DNA of 63,963 nt, the filler included, from Choristocarpus tenellus KU-1152 (Eukaryota > Protista > Phaeophyceae): NCBI GenBank assembly GCA_964200185.2. It is 11 parts of 11 records of this genome, joined end to end, with 100 filler letters (N's around TTAATTAATTAA, not from the genome) between each part and the next. Parts side by side here need not be neighbours in the genome. Positions count along the whole stretch, not along the records: positions 30,461 to 37,557 come from CAXNAD020006704.1; positions 37,658 to 42,084 come from CAXNAD020014597.1; positions 42,185 to 48,740 come from CAXNAD020007873.1; 8 more parts are not named here. One strand, written 5' to 3'. Positions 35,586 through 48,840 of the stretch are shown piece by piece. Below the pieces are notes generated by a model. It saw nothing but the letters and a program-made list of their open reading frames with translations. It had not been told where the DNA came from and did no database searches. Made by a program: the position numbers and the translations under genes. Each line of letters begins with the position of its first letter. The first letter of the stretch is position 1.

Positions 35586-37496
35586 GGCAATAAAAATAGC
35601 AACAAACGCTGTGTGTGTCATTGCCATGGGATACCCAAATCAAATGTCTACCTCTTGTACTCCGTCTCATTCTTGAACACAACACAACACAACACAATAA
35701 CCCTAACCCTAACCCTAATCCAATAAAAAACAACTAAAAACTTAGCCATCTCTATCCACACTCCTACGAGTACATATCAATAGTCCAGCATGGTACTGTT
35801 CAGCAGTTACTATTATTCCCATTATAAAATAAAAACAAAAACTGGACGTGGTCGATTATAATAAGTTCATCAGTTGTACATTCAAGGGTATACTATAACA
35901 TGGCAAGGCAAAATCAACACCCTCCTACTAAGAAACAATTTGTTAAGTATACTAAACGGTTCAACTGACAAACTCTACATTTCTCAACGCCATCCAATAA
36001 ATAATAAAACAGAAACGTTGGAGGTCACAGCTCCTGACACAGCACATAGAATACTCACTATCCAAGTTACTGTCTCAACTTCACAGGGCAGGCTATCAAC
36101 CCAACAGGTGAAGAAGTCACATTGAATGCCACTGTGATTTCAGGCACTGTTACCACCAACCTATCTCTGTAATAACTCCTTACACCCTTACTAGACCTTT
36201 ACTGCAGGCGGAACACCGGACCCTAACCCTAACCCTAACCCTAACCCTAAATGCAAACCAATGATGGTGATGCACCTAATGACCTCACGTATGCAAACTA
36301 TACACCTTACTTAGGGTTAGGGCAGTGAATGCACTCTTGATCCCCTCCAAAGCTAAATACTCTGAACTGTCTCTAAAATACGAACCCCGGCCTCAACCCT
36401 AACCCTAACCCTAACTCTTAGGTCCTACACCCATTCTCTACACCAGCTAGACAGGCTATTCTTTGAGCTAATGCACAAACCGATTCAACTTCAACTTCAA
36501 CTTCAACCTTAGGCTCACCTCCAAACTGACACACTCAAGATTTCTAACAATTGTCGAATGAGACTATTGAAACAAAATTCAAGTTTCTTTTCTTTCAAAT
36601 ACTAATGTGTCAACTCCTTCCATGAACAACATACATCATTAATATATTAGTTCATTGTACCCTTCATTGTATTTAACCAAAACCTGTGATAGGGTGTGCT
36701 GCAGCAATTGCCGCCTGTCCACCAGCAGCACCAGGAAGGGGTTGAACATTATCCCCATTCCCGGAACGATCTGAAGGCCCGCAGCTTGCCCCGCTCGACG
36801 CTGCTCAGCCTCGGCCTCAGCCTCCAACATCTCCTGCCAAGGTGAGGATTGCACTCATTGCATTCATTGCACTGTTTTACAGGGTTGAACTTGAAAAATA
36901 AGTGTCATTTCGCACCCCCTTGTATCCTCTGGTTCACTGTTGAAAAATAATTTATTATCAATACAAGACACTGAAGTAGAGGTACACAAGAAATACTCAA
37001 CAGAGTCAAATTGAAGTATTAACACTATTCTTAGACCACTAGTACTATAAACATTACACTGCCTCTGAGTACCTAATGCCATATTCACAAACTCAACACC
37101 CCCCACTCCTTAGCTCCAGCAAGGTGGACGGGACACCTAATTCTCTTCCCAAAGTCACATACCATCAATCACCCAAACGATCAACAAAAAATTGTTAAGA
37201 GCAGACCTGAACCCCAACTACTATTTAAAAAACCCAACTATTAATAGTGAAGATAAAACCACTTGACGCTCACAGTCCAGTACCAAAAAACTACAATAAA
37301 ATACACAAAAAGACAAAAAGAAGTCAAATAACATTCCTCACTAATTCCTTGAAGGGTCTGATACCACAATGACAGTGCATCACCTTTTTTTTTTCTGTGT
37401 CAATTAGGAATGGATATGAGCAGAAGAAGAAACGCCTCTTCCGTCCTTCCTCCCCTGCAGCCTTCCAACCCACCAGGTCTGCCAGAAGAGACTCTG
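30625..37496 (-). CDS. HECT-domain E3 ubiquitin ligase (UBE3A/HERC-like), internal exons
   Basis: Phase-compatible exons 37496-37384 (FCSYPFLID), 36833-36684 ([17 protein letters not shown]), 35343-35227 ([29 protein letters not shown]), 34257-34051 ([19 protein letters not shown]), 33012-32914 ([13 protein letters not shown]), 32218-32109 ([19 protein letters not shown]) and 30717-30625 (QFSRFHAGF). Confidence 0.95.
31612..31745. repeat. 19-bp minisatellite x7 (CCACAGAGATAGTCTACTA)
   Basis: Directly visible; lies in a HECT intron. Confidence 0.95.
33607..33714. repeat. 36-bp tandem repeat x3 containing AGGGTTAGGG
   Basis: AGATGAACCCAATCACAAGTAGGGTTAGGG.AGTAT units. Confidence 0.9.
36221..36250. 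repeat. Interstitial telomeric repeat (CCCTAA)5
   Basis: The longest of roughly twenty short TTAGGG/CCCTAA tracts in the window. Confidence 0.9.
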
Positions 37497-37667
37497 CTGG
37501 GAGTGAGGACACTGCCTCGCTTTGGAATTTTTGGTATGGTATCTGAAATTTGGGGGGNNNNNNNNNNNNNNNNNNNNNNNNNNNNNNNNNNNNNNNNNNN
37601 NTTAATTAATTAANNNNNNNNNNNNNNNNNNNNNNNNNNNNNNNNNNNNNNNNNNNNATGAAGCTTA

Positions 37668-37925
37668 TGAATGATTTCCCAGCTCACCACGATTAATTAG
37701 TCACTTCGACGATTGATTTCCCAGCTCACCACTATTAATCAGTCGCTTCGACGATTGATTTTCCAGTTCGACACGATTAATTAGTCGATTCCACGATTGA
37801 TTTTCCAGTTCACCACGATTAATTAGTAGATTCCACGATTGATTTCTGAGGAATGCCACGATTAATCAGTTGCTTCGACGATTGATTTCCCAGCTAAGCA
37901 CGATTAATTACTACTAAAACGATTT
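37668..37925. repeat. Degenerate 42-bp (2x21) tandem array, ~6 units
   Basis: Unit CACGATTAATTAGTCACTTCGACGATTGATTTCCCAGCTCAC; ACGATT(A/G)AT recurs every ~21 bp. Confidence 0.9.
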
Positions 37926-37929
37926 TGTA

Positions 37930-38850
37930 CCACATCAATTCTGTACCGCTTGTTTTACATTATACATCTCATTCATACATTATACATCTAATTCATACAT
38001 TATACACTTTATTCATACGTTATACACNNNNNNNNNNCATCAATTCTGTACCGCTTGTTTTGGGCATGCCCATGGGTGAACAAAATCGGGGTAGGTACTT
38101 TATCACGACCTTTTTTTTTCGGACCAATTTATTTGCGTAAATCGATAGCTAAGATCAAGAACTTCATTTGATATGTTGATCGTCGACTAATTCGTTGGGC
38201 AACCTTTTCAAAAAAATCAAGATTGGTAACCGCCACGACGGTACGTGGGCGTGACGCCCAGTGAGCTCCGAGTTGTTACCTGACGACGTTGACGTTGTGG
38301 TGCGGTCACTCCCTGATGGATTTGAGTCCGTCCAGTGCTGCTGGGAGGCCAGGGGCAAGGGATATTGGCCGAGGATTCCGGTCGTCCACAAGGCGAGAAG
38401 AGGGAGTATGTTGGACATGTTGAGGTTTGTTTATCCCAGGGATGACCAAGGACGGGGCCAAGGACAGGAATAAGAGCACGAACATTGCGTACGTTCTTGG
38501 GGGGCAGCCAGGTTTCAAGGTGGTAGAACCGAGTCTTAAGATTATGGTTGGGCGTCTTGGAGGACACTGCTTGATGCTCTCAAAGTACCACTGTGAATTG
38601 AACCCGATAGAGATGATCTGGGGGTAGGCGAACCACTATGTACGAGACTGTTGTGACTACATGTTGCCTGGAATGAGAGCCAACATTCCTGTCAGTCTTG
38701 AGGAGGAAGAGGGACTGTCGAGAGTAATTGTGGAGAGGTTCTTCAGGATGAGTATTACTTACCACCTGATATAGTCCAACGAGAAAGGCACGTAGTGTAC
38801 CAAATTGGACAGGGTGTACAAGACATTTAAGTCTCACAGAAGGCCTGCAC
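37930..38850 (+). mobile_element. IS630-Tc1-mariner superfamily transposon remnant (HCELNPIE type)
   Basis: GHCLMLSKYHCELNPIEMIWG*ANHYVRDCCDY...VYKTFKSHRR, with stops and frameshifts. Putative terminus TA|CCACATCAATTCTGTACCGC is repeated at 38038 and at 15096. Confidence 0.75.
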
Positions 38851-39808
38851 CTTCAGAATACCTCACTTGACTTGGCATGGATTGTCTGGTTCAGAGACCT
38901 GGGTCCCCACGAGTGAGCCTTAGCCAGAAGGTGACAACATCGCATAAACGGGAAATAATGGAAAGAGAATGGAGAGACAACAACGCCCATGTTCTCTGGG
39001 TGAAGATGGCCTCTTCTGGCGTCAAAATCATCCTTAAATGCACGGTTCGTGCGCGGACTACTTAATTTAAGTATGGTCCTATGTTTCTCACAATTACTGC
39101 AAGTTGACCAACCAACACCCATGAAATGAGGTTAAGCATCCTGATGCGATTACAACAAACGATTTTTCATAAAATAATTTGTTGTTGATAAAAAGTTATG
39201 GCACGACAAAGATAATGCAGGAGGTGATGGTCGACACTATAGAGTTGCATATATAGGGGTTGAGATAAATATAGAAACCAGACTGCTCTTTCCGTTGAAC
39301 TAGGTATCAACTTAGTGGGAAAGTTCTTATTCCCTATTCCCTGGAACTCTTTAACAATGAAGAAACAGTCGAAAACTTGGAGTAGATGATTATTGGCTTG
39401 GCTCTTTCCCCGACTAATCTGGAAAATGTTATAGGGCATAATATTATTCTATATGCTAATGCATACAAAACATCGGAAGGAATATTTTGAAATCGACCTT
39501 CTTATTGGTGGGTTGTATTTGCAAAATCCTCTATTTCCTTTCTCCTGATGAAGAACGTTCCAATGTTAGAACAATCCATGGAGCACCAAAAAACATTATC
39601 GGAATTGTTCCATTTTATTTATGATGTCATCAACAAATATGAATATAGATATAGATTTTTTGTTGATGTTATGGTAGATGTTCTGTCCTCATCTGTCGGA
39701 AAGGACCAACGTCCTGAAATTCTGTGTTTGTTGTTAGTTGTGGGACATAACCCTTGTCAAGGCATCTAACCTTCTGCTCGAACTGAACAACAGACACAAA
39801 ACTTGCCA

Positions 39809-40628
39809 ATGAGTGCTCTCATAGATGCTTCGTTGGACCGGAGGGCTGGGTCAGATGGGGGTAGTGAGATGGAAACCAAGGATGTCTTGAGCGTGCCGAG
39901 TACTGCTACTGGTTCTTTATGTGATGCTTTCTTGGCGACAATATCATTCTGCGGCGTCCAGTTTGCTTGGGCTTTGCAGATTGGTTATACAAGCCCCACC
40001 CTTCGACAGCTAGGCATGCCGAAAGCGAATGTGAGGCGCATCTTCTTTCTCTCGACAATAGTCTATGACTTGTCGTGTGGTATTCTTCCACACAGTCGTA
40101 AACACGGCAAAACAGATACATGACATGTCATCTACCCTTCCCTGTCTGCGCTGTGAAACAACGCGTGCAGTTGAGCTACGCTTGGCTAGCCGGGCCTATT
40201 TCTGGTGCAATATTCCAGCCGGTGGTCGGGATCTGGAGTGATGCCTGCACCAGCAAGTTTGGGAGAAGGCGACCGTTCATTCTCTCAGGGGGGCTCTTTA
40301 CGGTGGTAGGCCTGCTCATCTTTTCCAACGCGGAGGATTTAGGACATCTTCTTGGAGACTCTGGTATGATCCCCTGTTTCGTTATTGCTGATTTGGATGG
40401 CAGATACTCATCCTCAATTGATCACCTAGAGGAAACCTTGGGGAGAGAGCTCATTCTCCGTCCTACGACCTTGTTGCTCCAATCTGGTGTCATGCAGGGG
40501 AATCGAACAAGTTGGGACTGCGTGTGGCCATTATTTCCTTCTGGATCCTCCATACTGCCATTAATACAGCGCAGGGACCGCAGCGAGCCCTTATGGCAGA
40601 TACAGTGAACAAAGACCATCTCTCGCAG
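39809..40628 (+). CDS. SUT/SUC-SLC45 family (GPH/MFS) sugar transporter, first three exons
   Basis: Exons 39809-40030 (GVQFAWALQIGYTSPTLRQLG), 40171-40363 (WLAGPISGAIFQPVVGIWSDACTSKFGRRRPFI) and 40498-40628 (FWILHTAINTAQGPQRALMAD); splice phases 0/1 are consistent. Confidence 0.93.
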
Positions 40629-42440
40629 GTAAGAGTTCACTATTCCATACGGCTCCCTTAGTTAGCCCAGCAGACACTCTTTGTCACTATTCCCCTCACC
40701 ATGTTCTCTCCACCCTCAAAATGATTGCACTTCAAACACGCCCCGTGTCCAATTTAGGTTAGGATGTTCATTGTCTACAGTATCTTAGTTGTTGCGTTGA
40801 AGGGCGAGAAAGACTTGTTTTTGGATCTATCCCAGAGACGTTCCTGAGGTCCGTGTTGACGCAACTGCACAACCTTTCGTGTCTGTAGTACAATCTGCTG
40901 GTTGACACCAGAACGATCGATTCACAGAGGGAAATATCTATTTTTACTTGTTAGTACAATGAAACTGAGAGTTGACCCATGTATCCTTGAACACCGCCTG
41001 GATGTCTTCCATTGTCTATTTTTTGGGTTTCCCTCCTCCCCGCATTGTTTCCACCAACAGTTCTTGCCCCCAAAATACTCGGTCATGCTCTTCACCTCGA
41101 TTTGTTAAATATAATGCGGCCAATTCATGTGATGAGAGCTCAATATTTGTGACAGTGCGTGTCTATGTTGTAGTCCAAGTGTACGGTTTATTGTCGGGAA
41201 AATGCGATTTAAATTTATTGATTCTTGACACTGAATAGCACCTTTCAAATGGATAGCTAATTATCAATGCAATCAGTCTATTGGTTTGAGGTAGACAATT
41301 TCTGTGACGTAATTTGCAGGCACTAGCAGTGGTGCAAGTTGGGACCAAGGGGCATAACACACCCATGTGGAAACATTGCTTTTCTGCTCAAAGCATGGTG
41401 TATCTGCAAGGCAGGTCAAGGACAAATAGTGTGCAGTAAATTGTGTCCGTCAAATTTGTGCTTCCTCTCGGTTTTGAAGTTCTAAAAATAAGTTGAAGTT
41501 GCCCTCAGGAAATAAGCGAGGAAATCTGCTCTGATTTTTTTTGCTCAGTAAGCCCTACCAAAGTACCTCTACCGAAGTAGGCCTTATTGGTAATGGAAAC
41601 CCAGACCCTTCTGAGAGCTATCATAGGGAACGACTAAGGCATGGTCTTGAAACGGAGTGAGAATTCTGATCTCAAGACTCAGAACAATGCACTCCACAAT
41701 TTTTTACCGTTCTTTTGTGAGGAGGAAGCTCATCGATTGGTTTAACCTTTTGTAAGCTCTTTTTAAAGGGTTAGCATGCTGAACAGAGCACTCTGATCGC
41801 TTGTATTTTGCTTCTCAGATTAAAAAAAACAGTCCTTATAGGAGATAGTCCCATGGCGGCAAGTGTTATACTGATTTAAACTGTACGCATAGCTCGGGCT
41901 ACCACACTAGTCTGTTTCGAGCTCACTTTTTTTTTTGTTCCTGTCCTTTTTTTTTCAGAAAAAAAACCCTTCTCGAGAGTCACTCCTCAACTGACTTTGC
42001 TTAGTGTTCCAATTTCCGATTTTCCTCAGTATATTATTTCCCTTCACAGAATGGTTTCCCCCCCCCAAAAAAAAAAATCCTCTGNNNNNNNNNNNNNNNN
42101 NNNNNNNNNNNNNNNNNNNNNNNNNNNNTTAATTAATTAANNNNNNNNNNNNNNNNNNNNNNNNNNNNNNNNNNNNNNNNNNNNTTTTCAAGACCGTTTT
42201 CGCAGAACAACCATCCTCATAGCCCCGCTCCATCCTCAATTTTTTAAATCCACTGTTCACTGGCAAATCAATAATGTGCTTTCTAACATGAGTTTGCATA
42301 TTTAAAACAAGGTTGATATATACAACTACGTAGAGCGCCCAATTAATCAGGCACCACCTGTCCCTCATACAACCATTATATGACTTGCAAATTATACATG
42401 GATCGTGTCATGAACCAGTTGATTCGTTTCCATACATCTC

Positions 42441-42477
<37 letters not shown>

Positions 42478-42879
42478 CGATTATTAGTTTATTTGTAGTA
42501 TTATGCCTGCAAGTAGTGCTATTCATAAACACAGTACTCCAATGATCCCAAATCGTGGTCAGAGGCACTAAACGCTGTTGTACTACTTCTCATACTACCC
42601 ACATGCATGAACTCGACATGTGTAAAGGGGTCATTTAGACAATGTACTACTGCTCAAGAAGCAGTGTTTGCAACGATAGGACAGCCTGCTCTTACTGCAT
42701 TTCATATTTTTGCATATTATACTCACTCTGTCCCACACGTCTGGGCCGTTACGTTGTAGCTCTTTGGGATGACCTCCGACTATAAAACGGACCTTTGTGT
42801 TGGATTCCTTGGACATTCCACATTCAAAACTATGTCTCGCCTTTATTCGAAACAGTCAATCCACCAATTCAGGACCGCC

Positions 42880-43810
42880 ATGGAGGCCGCTTGGTCTACT
42901 TTGACTGATCTAGCCAACCCACCCTCCCGCTGCCTTTTTTGTCTCAGTGTGCTCCACCTCAAAATCGTTTCCCCTCAACACCTGATTGCACCTCTTACAT
43001 AGACTCTGCAATACCCTGTCAAGCGTGTCTGCGTCGTACGTGTGGAACATGCTTGAAACCCTCTCTACAAGTTCATCAACGGTGCCAGAACGCTTCACCC
43101 AAACCCTGCTTTTCCGATATGCAAAACAAAAACGAATCTTTGATGTTGAGATCAAGCGACTGCGCTAGCTGTGTCACGAACTTAATGCTCAATCCCTTCT
43201 CCATCCCTGCTGCGTTCAGCTTCTGCACGCTGCCCTTGCCTGTATGCAGGGATGCGCTGCCCTGCTGTATCGAAGTCCACCCTGATTCCAGCCCCACGGC
43301 ATTTTTTCCTTGATCTCTGGCAACATCTGGTCCGTGTACCACTCCAGGTACCACTCGGCATTGATAGTGACGTTGACTTCGTACTCCTTGCCCTTCGTGT
43401 TCCGCGCTGTAGTCTGTTGTGTCTCCTTTGTGATGCAAACCCACGATCCTGATGTTGCCATCGAAGTCATGGGGAGGATCTGGGCGCGAAACGGCGGAAA
43501 TTGACATAACTTTGGGAATGTAATTCTTGTACCTAACCGCCGTTGAGTCCATCTTTTCCTCCACTGGGAACATGCGAACCATCTTTTCTTCGTAGATGAA
43601 GTAGAACCACGCCTTGTCGATGTGAATGGTATTGAGGCCACTCCTGTAGGTTTTGCGGTTGCAGGAGATCTGGTCGAGGATGACGTTCACTCTGTTCTTT
43701 TTGTAAGAAAACGAAAGGTTAGGGGTGACGTGCCGCTGAACCCTCGTTGCCCCGATGACTTTGAGCCAACGATGAAGCTTTGAGCTGCCGACTGTGTACG
43801 ATTAATGGCG
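42880..43810 (-). mobile_element. Decayed mariner-like transposase (plant/oomycete DD39D-like group)
   Basis: IHIDKAWFY (consensus HIDEKWFY), IPKVMSISAVSRP (KVMFLxAVARP), IQQGSASLH (QQDNAxPH), QLAQSLDLNIKD (QPxxSPDLNxxD). Catalytic residues are mutated and the frame is broken. Confidence 0.85.
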
Positions 43811-44279
43811 TTGATTTCCCAGATCTTCGCTTGTTTCGTTTGTATAAAGTTCAACGGCCGTGCAGATCGTGCTTGTGATTTCAGGGAGACGATATTTCCC
43901 CCATCGAACTACTATTTGACGCGCACCCACACCCGTTTATGGTGTCTCTCCCTCACCCCAAACACCTTCACCAATTTAGACCCCACACTGGTTGGGAGCC
44001 TCTCGCGACCCTGAACCGTAGGAAGAGTCAATGCGTAACGCAGAGCTAGTGAGGTCCAACCTTCCTCGGTCAGCTCATAGTTCTTTCCCCGGGACGGTGG
44101 GCTTCATACCGGGGACGACAGGCTGTGGGGGCTCGCCATAAAGGTTGTGAGAGTGTCGTAAGGTTCCACGATGTAGCATGAACATTCAAAATGAGGAGAA
44201 TGTGCCCCACTCTTTCCTCCATTCTTTCGGAACCATTCCAGAACAGAATTCTTTGCAGAATATTTCGAAATCCCCAGAA

Positions 44280-47200
44280 TGGCTATGGCAGCTCTGGTGA
44301 CGGGATATAGGTGGACTTGGAAAAGCAAATTGCTGACAGTCATGACAGTCCTTCTGAAGAATTCCAAGCTCTGAGGAACCATGTTGCCCTGAATTGGATT
44401 GTTAAGAGAGTTATCATGGAGTCCAAGCTAAATTCTCTTCATCTACCCGTGGGGGAAGGTCCGACCTTGATCACTATGGAGCTGGACAGGCTTGTTAAGA
44501 AGATGAGGTGTAATGATGATTAACCAAGTGAGGAGACCCAACTCAGTGCCACGCACATTTGCCTTTCTGAGGAGTATTTTGTTGAGATTTGACAGGTTAC
44601 TGGGAGAGGGCTTGCAGCCAGACTTGAAGTTCAAAGACGAGCCTGTGAGATCTATCGCATGCGCAAACGCCAACTAGAACGACGGGTGGAGAGCAATGGT
44701 GTGATACTTATGGAGGGGCGGAGCCCGTGCGAGAGGCGAAGCTACATGTGCAAATTACCTTGGGAGGTAATGCTATTTGTTAGTAGTGAAGATAAGAAGG
44801 TGTGAAGCCTCACACGACCCCCATTGCTGAACGTGATTACATGATTGAAGATTAGAAGAGTGACCTTTGTGTGGTATCTTCTCATTACTTGTTCATTATT
44901 TATTTATGCTTCATACATGAGTGCATGGTTATGTCAAAGTAGTTGAATGCAGAATAAAAACCCATACATATTCCCATTCATAATCCAGATGTACTATCTC
45001 ATTAGTTATATCTCTCATACACAAAATAATGTACACCTCACTATTGTCCTATTTTGCACACTACAGGGTGTCGAAAGGATCGACAATCAGGACGTGTGAG
45101 TGCTGGCTGTGTGGTGGACCATACTTTCTATCTTCTTGCCCCACTGCTGTTTCTCATGTTCTGGAACCTACGCAGGTGCTTGTTATGTTTGTGGAATGAC
45201 AGGACACAAGGCTTACTGTTGTCCTAGACGCGTTGGAGTTGTTGGAATGACCTGTCAAGGATCAAATTATTATGGAGGTGTTAAGAATTTTTTCATATGT
45301 AAAAAAAGAAGATATGTAGAAGAAACAATCTAAGGATGAAGAGAGACAACATTTGTGTTCTGAAGAATAGAAAATAAGTTTGGGTTTCAAGAACTAGAAT
45401 ATGGAAGAGTTCAGGAATATGAATCATTGTGGGAAGTAATCTGTGATTAGTTTGATTAGTCATTCACAGAATATAATTTTATTTGGTGGCAACGACCCCC
45501 TCCCTTTAGTCTTTGATGTTCACTCCTCCTCTCATCTTCATTACTTCATCTACAACCTTTTATACACAATAAGGAATTAATCGAGTTACATACACAAGTC
45601 TTGGGAACATCAATTTCTTTAAAAAGATAAAACCCCAGAAGGAAGAGGAAGAATGGTAAAGGAAAGCAGCCAAAAACACTGATGAAGCTGATGACGGAGA
45701 ATTCAAAGCGAAAGGTACACCAGTGCAGCTTGATGGATTCTCGTTGGTAAGCAATGATGGGAGTCTTGTGGAATTGGATAACTTTTGGTTCTTTGACAGT
45801 GGGTGTTCGGGACACATGACTAGTAATCCTACTCCTGTGATATATCTAAAACCTGTGACATGGACATTGGTGACTGTTGGAGATGGAAATGTTTTACAGG
45901 CTACGCCCATACATGATTTGTCACGATGGTATGTATAGAATGGGGAAGTTAGTTTCCAACTTCATCTTGCATAACGTGTTTCTTGTGCTTGCGTTAAAAT
46001 TTGATCTCTTCTCTATGATATCAGTGGGGAAACATTGTGGGGGGGGATTGTATTGTGAAGGAGAATATTCTTTATGATTAACTCCATCTTCTGGAGGACC
46101 TGGATTGGAGTTTGTGAAGATGACTGGTAAGAATTATGTATTTTTTCCTTTGAAAGTCAATCGGAGAAACTTTTTGACACTTCCAGACATTATAGAGACA
46201 ATCATATGAGGACAAGTTCTAGCCGAGGGGTAGGCATGAACTGAACACTCTCCCCAACAAGAGCTGGAGCAGATACCGTCTCAGGTGGAACAATTAAAGA
46301 GAATGCAATGTCAGAGGAGTATGTTGTGGCAACTGATGAGATGGCCTAGCTGGGGCCGCAGGACATGTCACTGCCCCGTGGGGGCCGAGCGGGGGAGTGA
46401 GACCTGGTACGTGTATGGACATTCATCAGATGCACCACAAACTGCGACATTGCCATGAGGTGATGGTTTGAAAGTATGATAATGAGTGCGATATTATTTT
46501 GACAGGCGAATGGAAGAAGTTGTGCAAGAGATGTCCTATTGGCAAGGCTCATCGGAAACCAGTTTCAAAGGAGGCATCAAGCAGATCGGAGAAACGTCTG
46601 GGCAGGATCTTCATTGATCTGATTGGTCTGAAGCCTAGGACGAGCTGCCCAGGAGACGTTTTGTACAACATGTTAATGGTCTGCGAAAGACTGGGATGGG
46701 GTAGATATAAATGTTGAGATCCAAGGATGAGACTGCCAAGGTATTCAGCGCAATGTGGCAGATGTGGAGAACATAAGCATTGGGTGTATGAGGACTCATG
46801 AGAGGATGTACTTGATGAACACAAGATAGGGCATGAGTATACTGTGCCTGGAAGTCCTTAACTTGATGAGAAAGTGGAACGGGCCATTGTGCTGATTGAG
46901 GGAAAAGGCTTGGTCATGGTACATGCAGTTGATCTGGGGAATCAACTGGGATTGTGGGCAGAGGCACACAATATGGGCATCACTCTTGTCCCCTACGTGT
47001 GAAAATCCCCGCTGGAGTTCCCCTACCAATTTTTAATATTCCTACTCATCACCATCTATTGCCACTTTAGGGTCAGTCCAACCACCCTTCCAATACACTG
47101 CGGGTGCTGCTTCTCAAATTCGGGGAGGGAAAGGGAGTACACATGGGAACCTTGCACTGATTCAGTGACTGCAATGACGGATGATTGGGTTGAGGTCAAT

Positions 47201-48340
47201 AGTGAACCTGTTTAGGACTTAGGAGGGGGTGCAATGTTTGAAGAAGTGGAACTGGATTCGAGTGGCGGAGCTCAAGATTATTCCTATGGAGATGACACTG
47301 TGGGATCTGTTTCAAGTCCTGAGGTACTTTCTCCAATGAGTGGGAGTTGGAAGTGGAGACAGTGGGAACAGATGGTGTATTGGATATAGGCATGGGTGAT
47401 GTGAATCAGAAGTCGCAGCAGGGGAGTGGGAGGAATACGTTGATGCTGGGACTTACAGATTACAACCTTGACCCTACACCTGAGCCAGGCAATCCATCCG
47501 AGCGACAAGTGAGGTATGAAAAGAGACTGGTTGGTCTGATTGTTAGTGGGAAAGCAAGAATACTGCCACCTGAACCCAAGATGATGAGAGAGGCAATAAC
47601 ATCGGAGGAGTGGCTCATTGTGGGAGGGTGTGTGGATGAGGAAGTCGATGATTTGGATAGCAGGGGAGTGTGGATTCACGTACCTCGCCCCACTGATGGC
47701 CATAGAGTACTTAGAGTCATTTACTCCTGCACTTAACCATGCTTCTCTTCACATGCTACTTGCATTAGCAGCGAGGCTGAATTATGCGTTGATTCATAGT
47801 GATGGGAACAAGGCCTTCACCCAGGCTGACTTAGAGGAGACACTGTATATGGAACTATTAGAGGGAAAGGCCAAGTTTGATGGAGCAGTGTGATTACTGA
47901 AGAAGGCCCTATATGGGAGAATCGAGACATGTAGCAACTGGAATTTTCTACTGGAGCATGCCTTACTGGAGCTGGGATTGGATCAGTCTGAGGGAGATCC
48001 CAAGTATATTCGCATTGATAGTGGATGGTACAGCCGTGATGGTCACGATCGTCCATGTGGATGACATGCTGATGGCAGAGGAGTCAGGGGCAGGTTGTGC
48101 TGTTGGTATTGTCGACGGGATTAGAAAGATATTCCCGATGGTGAATTTGGGTGCAGTGACCAAATCCATGTGTTGTAGGGTCAGGAGAAATGGAAAACAT
48201 GGGACACTTGTGGTGGACCAGATATTGTACATAGGAGATCTAGCAGAACGACATGGGATTGGCACAACTTAGGAGCTACAGTCAATCACCAAGAGGGTGG
48301 AGCAGGAGGGGCCTGTTCCGGACGGCTACAGATCGATGGT
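44280..48340 (+). mobile_element. Decayed Ty1/Copia LTR retrotransposon (gag-PR-INT-RT)
   Basis: gag ~44311; knuckle CYVCGMTGHKAYCC ~45180; protease WFFDSGCSGHMT ~45785; integrase CKRCPIGKAHRKP...GRIFIDLIG ~46520; RT HSDGNKAFTQADLEETLYMEL ~47795 and IVHVDDMLM ~48050. Domain order is Copia; many stops and frameshifts. Confidence 0.9.
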
Positions 48341-48366
48341 GTATACAATAAGCAGTTATCATTACT

Positions 48367-48722
48367 GAGCCAAAGTACCTTAGAGGGTAGAGCGGGGTCC
48401 ATATGGGGGCCAAAATCCAAGGTTGCAATTTTGATGTAATCTTGGGCATCTTTTTTGATAGGAGATAACAATATCCTTGTTCCGGACACCCCTTTTCATA
48501 ACGTATACATTTTACCTTCTCCGAGATATTTTTTGGTAGGTATAATGGCTCAAAGTATCTGGGGGGGGGGTGGCGGCTGTCCATTTGTGGTCAATTTTTT
48601 CATGTTGCAATTTTTTGTTGATTTGGTTCCATACGTCGGATGGATAATGAAAGGGCGCTTTTCCTGGTTTTGACCCAAATGGACACCCTGGCGTAGCCCC
48701 CCCCCCCCCCCCATACTTTGTG
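48367..48722. mobile_element. Nested MITEs: family A end (48367) followed or interrupted by a family B copy (48547-48722)
   Basis: GAGCCAAAGTACCTTAGAGGGTAGAGC matches 14956 and the reverse of 7580-7616. GGCTCAAAGTATCTGGGGG...CCCCATACTTTG aligns with 12360-12538. Confidence 0.75.
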
Positions 48723-48840
48723 TTAGTGTAATAAAAGCAANNNNNNNNNNNNNNNNNNNNNNNNNNNNNNNNNNNNNNNNNNNNTTAATTAATTAANNNN
48801 NNNNNNNNNNNNNNNNNNNNNNNNNNNNNNNNNNNNNNNN

